Shown: positions 25,761 to 40,205, counted from the whole stretch's first letter. The stretch: DNA of 63,443 nucleotides, filler included, from Dicyema japonicum (GCA_011109175.1; 9 parts of 9 records of this genome joined end to end with filler, not necessarily neighbours in it), one strand, 5' to 3'. The notes: generated by a model not told the origin, from the sequence alone. Numbers and translations: made by a program.

Positions 25761-26055
25761 TGAGGTCAACTTAATCACATTTGTCAGTTAATGACATTTT
25801 ATATGCTTAATATGGAAAACGAGGTAATGAAAATGATTGCCCGCAACGTGAAAGAGAGAATCGAATACAAAGTTAGTGCAGTAATCTCTTTAAAGCAATA
25901 AACCCACTGTCACTATACAACTACTATATCGTTTGATCGACATCACTGTGTTAGTTCGAGGCTATTGATCCGGTAATTCGCCGCAATCTAACTAATTGAC
26001 GAATCTATCTAAACTCTGCAAACAAAGAAAGAGTGTATCTCAACAAAAAATTGGG

Positions 26056-26910
26056 CTTGCTACCTGGGATCGCTCCTTTTCTGAAGAGGCCTGGAGATTT
26101 CTCCTCCCAACGTGCCTGGGACTCTATCGCATGCCGAGCGCGTGTGTCTGAGCTCTCGGTAAACCTTGACCAACACCGCCTGGCTTGCCTTCGTGCGGCA
26201 TTCCGCCCCTCACTCTGGCAGCTGGCTGAATGCTCTCCCTCTCTCCAGTATCGGGACGTGGCTAGACGATGCTGCCATGCGCATCGGAGTCGCTCACCGA
26301 CTCGGCTTGGACGTTTGCGCTAAACACCGCTGCAGATGCGGTGAGGCTGTTGACGAAAAGGGACTGCACCCAACTTTCCTGCAAGAAGAGTGCAGGCAGG
26401 GCACACAGACACAAGGCCCTCAATGAAATCGTGAAGGCCGGTCTCGAATCAGCGGGCCATTCGTGCCTCCTCGAACCGGTCGGACTCGATCGGGGGGACG
26501 GCAAAAGGCCTGACGGGATGACAATATTCCCGTACTCGTCCGGGAGAGCCCTCGTGTGGGATGTCACCGTTGTCGATACCTTCTCAAAGTCGAGGATCGA
26601 TTCTTCTGCTGCGAACCCTTGTTCGGCTGCAAACCACGCCGAAAGGATAAAATTACAAAAGTATTCAGCCCTCGCGGACCGTTACCGCGTTATGCCAATC
26701 GCCCTGGAGACCGCTGGAGCCGCGGGAAAGGAGACTCACTCGTTCCTCAACGAGGTCGGGCTGTCCATCGGGAGGAGGCTTAAGGATCGAGAGAGGGCCT
26801 CTGGTTCCGCCAGCGCATCGGTCTGGCCATCGTTCGCGGCAACGCACACTGCGTCCTTGCCGCTGGCATATAACTTTCTCCATTTATATACTTGTTCTGT
26901 AAAAAAAAAA
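26056..26910 (+). mobile_element. CRE-like non-LTR element 3' portion ending in poly(A)
   Basis: HSGSWLNALP, CRCGEAVDEKGLH, LEPVGLDRGDGKRPDG, VWDVTVVDT, PIALETAG; A10 tract at about 26901-26910. Confidence 0.85.
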
Positions 26911-27028
26911 TAGTTTTTGGAAAAGGCTTAATTTCAAGCGAATAAATTCTACTCCAATTTTTGTCTAGCCTTGAAGGAAGAGCAACGCTGTGCTCAGAAG
27001 AGCGGGTCTTTAAAGAAAACAGAACATA

Positions 27029-28105
27029 CAGTCTGTTCAAAAAAACGTGATCACTTGAAAATGTATGTTTTTTTAATTTTTATAGCTTCTTTTTGAAAAT
27101 TTTCAAGGAAGACCAAATTTAAAATTTTTTTATCTACACAATTCAATTTTTATTTTTGTCACCGGTCGGCTAAATTTCTAAAGTAACAACATATTCCAAA
27201 AAATCTTTGTTCAAAAAACGTGACCGCAATTATTTAAATACTTAATTTGTTTTCCTTTTGCCTTATAGACTTCCAGAACTCTTTTGTGGGAGCTCAAAAC
27301 ATATTTTTTATATTAGTTCAGGGGGAGATAATTCCAAATTTTTATAATTTCGTGCTTTAACGTCTCCTTATGCAGCCTTCCCATTCCACGTATTCGAGAC
27401 TTTATATAGGCGCATACATGCTCGATTGGATTGAGATCTGGACTTTGTGGGAGCCAATTGATTGTTTTAATTCCTTTTTCTTCTAGAAATTTGGTTGTGA
27501 CTCGAGATTTATGTTTTTGGTCGTAATCGTGCATAAATTGAAAGTCAGTAAAACTCATTTCTCCCGCGGACTGATTTTGTGCTAAGATTTGCACATAATG
27601 TGCAGCCGTCATAATCCCATCAATAAAAACGAGCCGGCCTACTCCTTTAGACGAAATACAGACCCAGGCTAGAACACTTCCTCCCCCAAATTTAACCGTG
27701 GGTATAATGTTTGCCGAATGATATCTTTCACCGTGAAAATATCGAACATTATTTCTTTAATTTGATGAAAATAACTCGAATTTTGTTTCATCGGAAAAAT
27801 AATTTTGCTTAGATCTTCAGACGAGATCTCTAAATAATTTTTCAGCAATTAATTTTCTCTTTAACACGTTTACTGGTCGTATAGCGGTTTTTTTACACGG
27901 TTTTTCGATTCACGTTTTTTTGAACACGATTTTTTAAGAATATTTGGTTACTTTGAGAATATAGCCGATCATGAAATGATAAATAATGAATCATGTAGAT
28001 AAAAAGATTTTAAATTTAGTATTCCTTGGAAATTTTCAAAAATAAGTCACAAAAATTAAAAAAAAACATACATTTTCAAGTGGTCACGTTTTTTTGAACA
28101 GACTG
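27029..28105 (-). mobile_element. Internally deleted Tc1 (DD34E), IR/DR type, TA TSD
   Basis: TA|CAGTCTGTTCAAAAAACGTGATCACTTGAAAATGTATG ... inverse|TA; HDYDQKH..SPDLNPIE. Confidence 0.92.
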
Positions 28106-28594
28106 TATATTGAAAACGCTGTGCCACGATTGCAAGATTTCTTGGTTTCAAGTACAATTTGAAAAACCAATCTAAATTGGATGTAAATCTTATTAAGGAG
28201 AGTCAAAAGAAAAGTCTAATGGATGCCATTAAATCAAAACCGCATCATTCAAATCTTCTTAAATACCATCAAGAACAAACGTGTTGATATTGAGGAGTCA
28301 AAAGTATGACTAACTAATGGATACAATGGTCCAGAGGCCGAGGCACTAAATTGCTTGTTTCAGGATCACAATTAAATAAAAAATTGAAATAGCCTGTACA
28401 TGTTGGAAAATATTCATGATTGGAAACAATGACAGATTTTTGAAAATTAATTAAATTAATTTTAACGTCTTGCCCAATTATAAAAAAAATTTTTAATGAA
28501 TTTCTTTAACAATAGGCAATAAAAACCCAAAACCCAGAAGCAATTTAAAAGTCATTATAATAATTATATATAGGGTTAATAATGATTGTCAAAG

Positions 28595-30920
28595 ATGCTG
28601 CTTTTCATTCTTTTACTTTGGCTGAAAACTGGTTGAAGAACAGTGGAATAATAATCTAGAATCTATAAATGGAGTAATCTATAACTATGGCGGACATGCA
28701 TATTCGTTATCTGAAGAAAGTACGTATTCCTATAAGTATGAAAATTCGTGCCCGCAAGACTGGTATCCAGTCGACATTACAAATCAAACAGAAAATGACG
28801 TTTTAACAAGTAAATAATGAACTAAATGTCAAGGTGTTTTGAGAGAAAATCACTTTATTGGAGTTGATTACGACTATTGGACCGGAAAAGCTACAAGCAT
28901 CCATACCAACAAAGCATTGGTATTTGTTAAACTAGTGATATAAAAGACATATTCAAACTTCAAACATGGGAACTCTTAGTATGATGGAGTGTCCCTAGAA
29001 GCACACACTAGTAAATGGATAAAAATAAGTTCTTGGTGGCTAAAAAACTTCTATATTTGTGAATCTGGTTAAAATAATGACTTTATTATTAACAGATACA
29101 ATTTCGTCCAAAGGAATAAATATAACCTCATCAAAAATCATAAACAGTAAAATTATTATCCAACCTTTTAGTCAATCCTGACGCTATTTTAACATTTCGC
29201 AAACATACATATAATCTACTACGCATATCGGACTTATTCCACAGCCAGACGAATATGTAACAACGATCACAATGGGTATATATTCATTCCCAACGATGGC
29301 GAGGAAAACTGTGCTTTCCACAGTATATATACTATCGTTGAGCATAATTTGTTTAGATTATCTAAAAGGAGACGTATATCTTGGAATTACAAATTTTAAC
29401 AAAAAAATGTCAACTGAAAAAAATTATGCTGCCGTAATAATAATATTTAAGTCTCTAGAGATATCTCCCCTGGGCTCCCTACAATCCGACATCAAAAGAA
29501 TGTGTAACTCGTGCACACTTTAACGGAGAATTTATAAGCAGTGATTGTGACCGCAAAAAATATGTGATTTGTGAAACAGGTCAGCGAATCTAAAGTTGAT
29601 GTTTAGATGCAATATATGAAAATCCAACATATGTAGCATGCAATAGCACCGATCGAAAATGTATGAAATGTATTTATATTCAGTCTACTTCTCCCAAATC
29701 TTTACTTACAACGAATCCGTCTATTATATTTATGACACTCCAATGCCTTTCAATGAGGCGGTAGAAACATGTGAATTTAGGAAAGCACAACTATATGTTC
29801 CTAGAAACGATTTCGAGAATTGCCTTTTTACTGGTTTTGCATGATAAATTTTATAAAAGAAAATGTTGAATATACGGTTGCGTTAAATTTCGGGGAATAT
29901 TTTGTTCGCGGCATAATGAGTCCATTAAATATATCATATTCAGTAAAAAATATTCATTAAATGAATAGAATTTTACAAACTGGGCTCCTGGATATCCAGT
30001 TAGAATTGAGAATACTGATAACACATGTGTCTATCAAAACTATAGAACAGGGAAATGGGAAAATAGAATATGCACAGATTCAAGATACGCCTGTGTGAGA
30101 AACAACGATTCAGGTGATAATATAAATAATAAATATGAAATAGATATTAGGACAAATGCACTATCGAACTGTAAAAGCATGAATGGAAGTTTAAACCTTA
30201 TTTATAACATTAGTAAATCTTCACATGAAGTGACGGTTAAATATGGGGGGACTGAATATGTAATATTTGGAACTCCAATGACATTTTATGAAGGCCATAT
30301 GCTATGCGATAGTATAAATAAACAAGTCATTAATCCAACATCCCAGGATGTCGTAGATTTCATAAATAAACGTTGATCATTCAATCATTCCATTTTAGAA
30401 ATTGTAAGTCAGAGTTTTTACATCAATCGAATAACGTGGGATGACATCAGACTGGTTTATGATGACGGTCCGTTGTTGGTATACATAAAATGTCAATTTA
30501 GATGACACCGAATTGGGATGTACATCAACCTGGTGTCATTGATGAAATGCTGTCTTGTATCAGCATTAATCACAATGGAACATGGAAAACAGATTATTGT
30601 GGAGAGTATAAAATTCCAGTGTGTTCGGACAAAGACTCGTCTTACTCGACTAGCAGTATTCTTTTTTTAAAATTGAATTTTAAAAAAAAGGAAGCACTGC
30701 TCGAAAAGCAGGAATGGGATTTGGGATATTTATTGCGATAGCTGCGATTGTGGGAATTTCAGTTGGAATATTTATATTCCTCCGGTTGAAATACTTTTTA
30801 TTTACATTTTAGGAAAAAAAATTTTTCCATGAACAGTTTGAAATCTTTCGGAAGCTTTAGAACAAGTATATTGTTTATTCCACATGCATAGAGCGGAGTT
30901 TCTCAGGAGATTTTGAATAG
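28595..30920 (+). CDS. Type I membrane protein with signal peptide, four tandem C-type lectin-like domains, TM helix and short tail; 17 introns of 23-35 nt
   Basis: MLLFILLLW; domain ends KWI..NFYICE, PWAPYNP..ECV..C..YVICE, NWAPGYP..TCV..GKWENRIC, NWDVHQPG..SCI..GTWKTDYC..PVC; TM GFGIFIAIAAIVGISVGIFIFL-RKK; one in-frame TAG (28977-28979) and one +1 indel near 29215. Confidence 0.8.
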
Positions 30921-33744
30921 ATTAGTTAGTATTACCATTTCTTTAATCTTCATTTCACTAATTTTTAATACGTGTTTTTGATTTAAAGTTTCCAAAAATT
31001 ATTCACAAAAACAAATTTCTGTTGGGAATAAGTATATCTTTAATGGTGTTGGCTTTCCTAGTCAAGAACTTGCAGTTTTATTCTTAGCCGAGTTCTTTGA
31101 GATTCTAGTAATTCTGAGAATCGTGAAATCCGTACAAATGTCCCTTCCTTATTTGTACAATCCTCTCTCGATGCACACCATATCGGTGATTCAGGTGTGA
31201 GTTTTCCCGTGAAAAGATAAGGAAGATATGGACAATTTAGCCATGGTAAATGTCGTCGATCAGCTTGGAGAAATCTGGTACTGCATTTTATAGAGACAAT
31301 CCTTATTTCTCAAAAGTCGTAGAAAATATTCATACTCACGATTGTATTGAGTCATGTTATGACGGGTATTCATGTCACGTATAATCAATTATCTTCACAT
31401 TTACCTAACTCGACAGAAGGAACCTATGTTTAGAGTATTTTGCATTTTGCGTAACATCCAGGTATTCTTTAAAACCGGGACTTGTGGTGGATCTCATTCA
31501 CATGCTCGGTTTGTAGACGGTGATTGATAGGTTGATTTAGTGATACATAATCATGACAAACAACAATTTTTTGTTCACTTTACTACCAATTGGAGTGGGG
31601 TTTTTTGGGTGACCATTATCCTAAATGACTTTCCTTCAATCATTCTCACAGGGAGGGTATTCTGCACAATGTCGGAATACATATTAGTCAGAAAGCAGGT
31701 GATGATACTCAGCCTATAAGGGATCATTGTCTACAAACTAAACGGGAATAAAATACCCAAAAAATAGTCAATAAAATTTACTAGTAACTCGCGGGCTAAT
31801 CGTATTTGTAGAACTCCAAAATATGGGTTTTTGGACTTCTTTTATTAACTAATCAACTTACAATCTTAACATATCTGGCTAAGTTTAATAATATTTTAAT
31901 TTTATGAAATTAACTTCTGCTATTTCCAGCTCCAGCGTTCAGATGGAACTCCTGGATTCTCGATCGATAGTTTCATGCTCTGGTTTGAAAAGTTGCAGGT
32001 TAAAATTATGAATCGAATCCAGAAGTTCGGAGAGATCGACGGATGATCTGGTCTAGTTCAGCATGTTGTGAGGAGGGACCAAATCCGTTACGACGTGAGA
32101 GGAAGTGGTACCCAAGCTTGTCGGTCTGCGCGACTGAGAGGGGCCTCATTTTGAACCAATGGCAAAATTACGAATCGAGGGAACCTATAAGGAATTAGCC
32201 ATTGGAAAGAGATATCCTGTAGTGTTTGTGGAGTACAAGATCAGAACATTCGAATTTTACATTAAATCTATATTTCCTTGATTTTATTAGAATTTTATTA
32301 AATCCAAAAATTATGGCCATCAAAAACCAGTTTAATTGTGTCTAAATGACTGACGCTTTTAGTTTTTGAAGAAAAAAGTAAGATTTTCCCAGTTGCCATA
32401 AATACATTTCTGGACAAAATATGGACAGGACGTGAATACAATTCATAACTACCACATCTATACTTCGAGTCGTCAGCACCCAAGCAAACCCTACAATTCA
32501 AACCAACAGCGAATATCACTTGATTGGATCTCTCTTGTTTGTGAATTAGTACGGTTTGCGTGCCACGATTTAATAAAGTGCTTGTCTAAAATAGATTTAT
32601 TCTTGGATAGATGTATTATTTTGCTATTTAAAGTACCTCTGGTATGTTTATTTTGAAATTATATTTTTATTAATTCTTTTGATTAATTTTTTTCCCTGAT
32701 CAATTATTTTAATCAACTTTTTGCAAAACAAAAATTGTTTTAAAATGATACAATTTGATGAGGAAAATTGCCATACTACAAATATAGTGAATGGAGTGGA
32801 TATGGAGAAAAAACATTGATTTTCTATTAGGACTATCAAATTCCAGGACGAAGAGTCCGAAATGAGGGTGTCAAGTCTTGACTCCACTCTGAATCGTCGG
32901 TGGAGTAGAAGGAAAAGATGAGAGCGAGGATTTGAAATTTATGGAAAAAACAGCTGGCAACGGTAAATATTAAACGTGGCATTCTCGAGGTGATTGCCAC
33001 CTCAGTTATTTCTAATTGTTTCGGATCAGAGCTTTGTCTGCAGAATATCCGAATATTTTAATCAATATTGGTCAAACTGATTGATTCGATGGGCTAGTTT
33101 GACAAAATAACTAAGTCATTTAATTTTTCTACATACAAGACACAAAAATCTGAGTTTAACGCCATTAAAACTCGATCATTTTGTAATATAGAGCTGAAAT
33201 CTGCATTCGATAAGAAGAAATATACTTTCTGATAAAGTCAAAAAGTCGGAGATTACTTTTGAATGTGAAAAGTAGGCCAGGTTTTTCTCTTTAGCACTTA
33301 AGATCATAAAATAGCATTTCAAGTAAACAAATCCGGATTTGAAAACGTATTTAATTAATCTTAAGTATAATATAAATATAAATCCGATCGCAGTTTAAAA
33401 CGTTCGAATGCTTACTAAGATAGTGATATTCATCAACATCATTGTTCTGGGAGTATAACAATTATTATAGTAATTTTGAAAAGACAATTTGTTTGAAAAA
33501 AACAGAACCGTGGCCTGCGAAACCTTATAATGCCACAGAGCCAATGGTTTTAAAGAAGATCTTGTTGATGGTGTTCCTAAAACTAACTTGCAATCTCTTT
33601 CGGTGATCATTGGAAATGTCAATGGTGTCTCTTAAGGCGAATGTGTGTCTTTGATCTCCTTTTCCGAGAAACAAGAACTTGGGAGGATGGCAAGAGGTGG
33701 ATGGAATTTTGTTTCTGAGAAGTTCAATGAGAAGTACTCGGCNT

Positions 33745-35950
33745 TCACATCTGATTGCTTTCCGATAAAATGACGAGGAGTTCGCCCTATTCCAGTCATC
33801 AATGTCTTTCGGAGGTTCGTGTCCAAAATTGCAGCCAGAAGAGTCTGCCCCCATGTTGCTGCTGAATTATCTCCAGCTGGAAGTTGATGTTCCCAACGGA
33901 TGTGAAGCTGCTATCCACGCGAGAAAGGCCTTTTTTTACCCGACACAAGGCATTCCCGAATTCTTTTGCAACGAAGTTGGATATTTCAACTGCGTTCAAC
34001 AGTCTGAGAAGGGACTGTATGTTGGAATCGTGCTCGCGGCGTACGCCAGAGATCATGAGACTGGTTCACTTTGCTTACGGTCCGAAAGTTCGCTTGTCTT
34101 AGACCAGGGTCGGCAGGATTTTTGTCTTCGCGGGCCAAAATTTTATTTTTGTATGCGATCCGGGCCAAACGAGAAAAAATCCTTATCGGTAGCAAAAATA
34201 ACGATATACGAGAATCCTCTTGGCTGAGACAGAGGATCTATTTCGCCAGAAATTTTATTTTTTCAATCATTTTTTCGCCTGAAATAATTAAATTTTTTTC
34301 ATTCCTTCGAATCATTAGCTAAAAATTTCCCCATTTTCCCTTCATCGATCACCCATAAATATGTAATTGGGGGTTCCCTACATCTCCTTGAATGATTGAT
34401 GTAATTGGGGGCTTCGTAGACAATAATCTTTTCGACTAAGAATATTACTGAGACGGATTATACCTTACAGAAAGTACAAAGCGAAATCACCATTGAGATT
34501 TCATCTCTAGATTTCTTAGTTTTGAAAAAAGCGGTCTCTCCCAAAGTGGTTATAGTTATGTTCCGCCTAACTTTTATTAAGTTGCAACTCAACGCACTTA
34601 AGCTTTAATTCGAGTGCATCTTCACAGAAAAAACGTAATTTTAGCCCATTCTTTTGAAAATATGTTTTTCATTTTCAAAATGGAAATTGCTTCCAAATTT
34701 TGTAAACCTGTATCGTTCATGCCGCTCGATTTACGATGTATCAAAGTTGGGGTCCTTCATTTCTTTGATTTTTTATTGTGTTTCCCACGCTTTTTTAAGT
34801 AAATAATAATAATGTAATTCTAGAAAATATAATCAATTATTTATTCTGCCAGTCTTCTTTTTTAAATTTCTATTTTTTTCGGCCATTTATGCAAAGTGTA
34901 GATTATTCGGCGTGTATTTTATTCGGACTGGGACATACTTTACTAAATTTGCCCGCGGGCCATGTTAGTTGAAAAAATTTGTTAGCGGGCCAATTTCCTT
35001 TAGTATTATAAAATTTGTTGGCGGGTTATTTTTAATCCTCGCGGGCCAAATTTGGCCCGCGGGCCGCGTTTTGCCGACCCTGTCTTAGACAAACACATTG
35101 TCCGTTCCCGGACTGGAGTCCAACAAGGTGACTCTCTTGGACCTTTACTATTTGTTCTGTCAATCGACGAGGTGGCTCGTAATGTTAAGACACCTTTCAA
35201 CCTTTGGTACCTCGACGATGCCACTATTGTGGCCCTGCTGATGTGGTCTTGGATGAGTTATCTAAAATTGTTCCTGCCCTGGCAAAAATGGGGCTGATAG
35301 TCAACACCAAAAAACTGAGATCATAAATATCTCAGTCCTAATACAAGACTTTGGTTTAGTAAATAGAGAATATTTCGGAAATCTTGGCAGGGACAAAAAA
35401 ACACAGCTCAAAGATGTTTATTTTCTTGGGTGTCCTTTCGGGGAGTCCGAATTTCCAAAACCACCTTCGAGCTAAGAGTGTCGAAATGTCCAGTTTCTCT
35501 GATCGCTTCGCTTTACTTGACCGTCACACGGCCTTTTTCCTCTTCAAAAATTGCATCCACGTCCCCAAACTACTATACTTATTGAGATGCTCGTTTTGCT
35601 ATATACAAGAAGAAATATTGCATTCTATCGATAATACTTTAAGATTGTGTGCCGACGCAATGTAAACTACCACTTAATTCTGGCGGAGCTGGCCTAAGAT
35701 CTGTCCTGGACCTTGCCCTGCCGGCTTTCCTGTCCTCTCACTCATCCTGCCGAAGGCTATCCTTGGAGATTCTACATAAATCCCCTGAATCTTCTTTGGA
35801 CAAGCCTTTTGAAAATGGATGTATGCTGTGGAAGGATTCAGGATTAAATTCCCACTCCAAACATCATTCCAAGGGAGCTGGGACAATTTACGCTGCTTGC
35901 AATGAGGCTCGACCAGCATCGCCTCGCCTGTTTACGCTCTGCAGCCATGC
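33745..35950 (+). mobile_element. CRE-like RT interrupted by the hAT element at 34105-35082
   Basis: VRPIPVINVFRRFVSKIAA, VPNGCEAAIHA, ISTAFNSLRRD, GVQQGDSLGPLLF, WYLDDAT, LPLNSGGAGLR. Confidence 0.85.
34105..35082. mobile_element. Non-autonomous hAT element with a perfect 8-bp TSD
   Basis: TCTTAGAC|CAGGGTCGGCA ... TGCCGACCCTG|TCTTAGAC; subterminal GCGGGCC motifs. Confidence 0.93.
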
Positions 35951-35989
35951 CACACAGCGGGTCTTGACAGAATGCTATGCCAATTCAAC

Positions 35990-36380
35990 TTCAATAAACT
36001 CCGAAGAAATTGTACATCTTATCGCGAAAATCTTTTACACTATCATTCATAAATCTAATTATCCGTGTAGGAAAAATGAATATCAAAATTTGATTAGAAC
36101 ATGCCAAGAGTACAATGATATTGTTTCATATCTACAATGGAAGATCATCAACCAAAATTTTACAAAAATGCAAAAATTTCGATTTATTCAGAAGGCCAAT
36201 CTTTTCTTGTTAGAAGATTCAATACTTTTTACAAATGACGAGGCTCATAAACGAGTTATTGCTCAGGACGACATTAAAACTATGAAGATAGAATGCATGA
36301 AACAGCACTTGACCACTCATTATGGAATCAATAAACTGAAAGAATTTTGCGACAATTATTATTCCCTTTCAAATTAAGTC
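35990..36380 (+). mobile_element. Ginger-like (standalone Gypsy-type) integrase N-terminal remnant
   Basis: YNDIVSYL..TKMQKFRFIQKANLFLLEDSILF..HLTTHYGINK (H-x3-H of the HHCC finger). Confidence 0.55.
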
Positions 36381-36537
36381 TATGGATTAAAACAGATTAA
36401 TACTTATCATTTTTTTGACAAAAATGGGAAGCCTTAAATAATTTTAAAAAGTTATTTTTTTAAATGTTGGTAACCGAAACCTATTTGCAAAATTTTTAGC
36501 GTGCTAAATTTGTTTCTTGTAATGGCTTCTTATAGAG

Positions 36538-37795
<1,258 letters not shown>

Positions 37796-37804
37796 TTATA
37801 GAGG

Positions 37805-38096
37805 ATATGTCAAAGATTCTTCAGAGTATCGAATTTTAAAATGCTTTAGAAAATAAATTCCCGGAAGATTTTTCTAGGCAAGCAAAATATAGACTTGTAA
37901 AAAAGATTGAGAATTTTATAATAATCAATGAAAGGTACTCTAGATTTACAATTAATGCGCAGATTGTATCTCAAATCTGACGATCCAAAGCTCGTCATTA
38001 CTTTGGAAAATGAAACTGAAATGGAGCATGCAGCTAAATCTCTACACAAATATTCACACGGAGGAGTAAACAAGATTGAGTATGAGTGTCGACAAA
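37805..38096 (+). mobile_element. Ginger-like integrase N-terminus with a 28-nt intron (37935-37962), cut by a gap
   Basis: KFPEDFSRQAKYRLVKKIENFIIINER|LYLKSDDPKLVI..LHKYSHGGVNK; frame restored only by removing the GT-AG intron. Confidence 0.6.
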
Positions 38097-38196
38097 NNNN
38101 NNNNNNNNNNNNNNNNNNNNNNNNNNNNNNNNNNNNNNNNTTAATTAATTAANNNNNNNNNNNNNNNNNNNNNNNNNNNNNNNNNNNNNNNNNNNN

Positions 38197-38488
38197 CATC
38201 ATGTAAGTCGAGGACATCGTTGTTGTTCATTTTAACCAAAATGCAGAAAATGTTTCTTTAATTTTTTTGGGGGGAAGGTTTTAGGGACCTCATCATGTAA
38301 GTCGAGGACATCGTTGTTGTTCATTTTAACCAAAAATGCAGAAAAAGTTTTTTTAATTTTTTGGGGGAAGGTTTAGGGCTGACAATTTATCTGTATTTTG
38401 CTAATTTGAAGTGGTGTACACAGACACACAGACAGACACACAGACCACAGACAGACAGACACACACCATACCATTTTATTATTAAAGA
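38197..38488 (-). mobile_element. Non-autonomous Helitron-like element with (TCTG)/(TG) microsatellite and an internal 60-bp direct repeat
   Basis: A|TCTTTAATAATAAAATGGTATGG 5' end at 38488; catcatgtaagtcgaggacatcg occurs twice. Confidence 0.6.
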
Positions 38489-38489
38489 T

Positions 38490-40205
38490 TACCTTCTAAA
38501 TCAAGAAAGATTTACGAAGAATTTTTTAGAGACTATTCAAAATGCAATTCATAATTTGAATTTGGAATTTTGTCTTGAAACTATTATGGCAGACTTTGAA
38601 GATTCGGTATTTCGAGCTGTCCTTGCAGTATTTGGGAGACGAATACATATTAGAGGATGTTATTATCATCTAAGGCAGTCAACCTGGAGAAAAATTCAAG
38701 AATTGCATTTAGTAAGAGAATATAAAGAAAATATTAATTTCAACATTTTTTCCGCTATGATAGACGCTCTTGCGTTTTTGCCCATTCAAGATATGAAAGA
38801 AGAAATAGAATTCCTAATAAATAATATACCAGAAGATGCTCTAGATTCAAAATATATAGTAGATTATTTTGATTGAACATATATTCGTGGTTATTATCGT
38901 TGCTTGAATAATCATGAAAACCCTATAGCTGTTAGAATACAGCACATTTCTCCATTGTTTCCCTCCAATTTTATGGAATGTTTATAAAGCCATGCTGTAT
39001 AATGACCAAAGAACAAACAACTATTGTGAAGGATAGAACAATAAATTATACAATTTGACGGGATATCGTCTTCCATCGATATGGAATATTATATCGTCTT
39101 TCAAAAAGAAAAAAATGACGAAAACTATTATTGACCAGGATTCCGTAGGAAAAAAATTACGACGAGAAAAAACAAACATACAATCGATCGGCAAAAGAGG
39201 CTGTTAAATATATACATGGATCACCAAGACGGAGAAAAAACAGTAGGAGAAACCCTAAAAGCAATTGCATAGAAAATTAAATATTCTTTTAATTGAAATT
39301 AAATAATCCTTTCATTCACGTTTAATAAAAATTTTTTTTAAATATTTAAAAATTTTTAAAAATAAAAAAAATCTGTACTACTTAAAGAATTTTTGTAAAA
39401 TTAAGTGATTTATTTTCCGAAGAAATGAAACAGAATAGATAAAAACAAAAGGAAAAACCGATCTCCTGAACGAAGCTTTTAAAATTTATTTTCTCGACGT
39501 GTTGCTTAGCTGTGGCGGAATATTTTAATGAAATTACAAGCTAAAGCAGTGCTTCCCGATTCGTGTTGAGTTCGCACCCCAAAAATTTTAAAAGCTAACC
39601 TGGCACCCCCATTTTTAAATCTAACAGAGAATTTTATTAAAAAAATCATTTAAAGGATTGCGGATTATTGAATTTTCGGATTTTTGAATAAAATTTGGCA
39701 GGAAACAATTAGAACATTTATAATTTCAATTAAAAAAATTCGGATTATTGAAGTTTCCGGATTATTGAAGTTCGGATTAACGAGGGCTGATCGTTTCAGG
39801 CACCCCCTAAAAAATTTCAGGCACCCCTAGGGGATGCGGGCACCCCCAATCGGGAAGCACTGAGCTAAAGCATTAACCACCAGCCAAAATGAACAATTTA
39901 AATAATTTGTTTAAACTCGCTTACTTAAAAATGAAACAATCATGATAAAAATTTTAATTTATAAACGGAAAAAAAGTCAAGTTCGTTAACGAAATTACTG
40001 ACTTGACTTTTTTTCCGTTTTGCGCTAAATATTGGAAATTTATAAGGGGAAAAATTTTCAAAAATAGAAAAAAGTAAAGCGGAAAAAAGTCAAGTATTGA
40101 AAAAATTGTTAAACATTAAAAGTTGCTATTATTGCTATAAAGATACGATATAAAGTAAAAAAAAGGGGGCCTTAACTTTTTTCCACTTGACTTTCTTTCC
40201 TACAA
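38490..40205 (+). mobile_element. MULE (Mutator) transposase C-terminal part with subterminal GGAAAAAAGTCAAG repeats (39967-40200)
   Basis: IMADFE, IRGCYYHLRQSTWRKIQ, ALAFLP, RTNNYCEG. Confidence 0.8.
39547..39862. mobile_element. 316-bp hAT MITE with a perfect 8-bp TSD
   Basis: AGCTAAAG|CAGTGCTTCCCGAT ... ATCGGGAAGCACTG|AGCTAAAG. Confidence 0.92.

Larger units (their letters stand above)
25800..28290 (+). mobile_element. Second R4-like copy, split by a CRE-like insertion and a Tc1 insertion
   Basis: NLFKAIN..SLYNYYI..NSANKERVYL (25890-26045), GKGL..SLEGRATLCSRRA (26918-27005), PRLQDFL..KYNL..SQKKSLM (28125-28235) are collinear with the 91-1920 element. Confidence 0.7.

Noticed and set aside
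28977-28979. Stop-codon reassignment (UAG or UAA read as an amino acid)
   Set aside because: Genes end at the expected positions with TAA (AAC, both PRDX, desaturase), TAG (EXOG, lectin) and TGA (SLC6); only one internal TAG was seen in a host gene
31000-33740. Penelope-like or GIY-YIG element
   Set aside because: Only vague motif hints across many stops; not supportable
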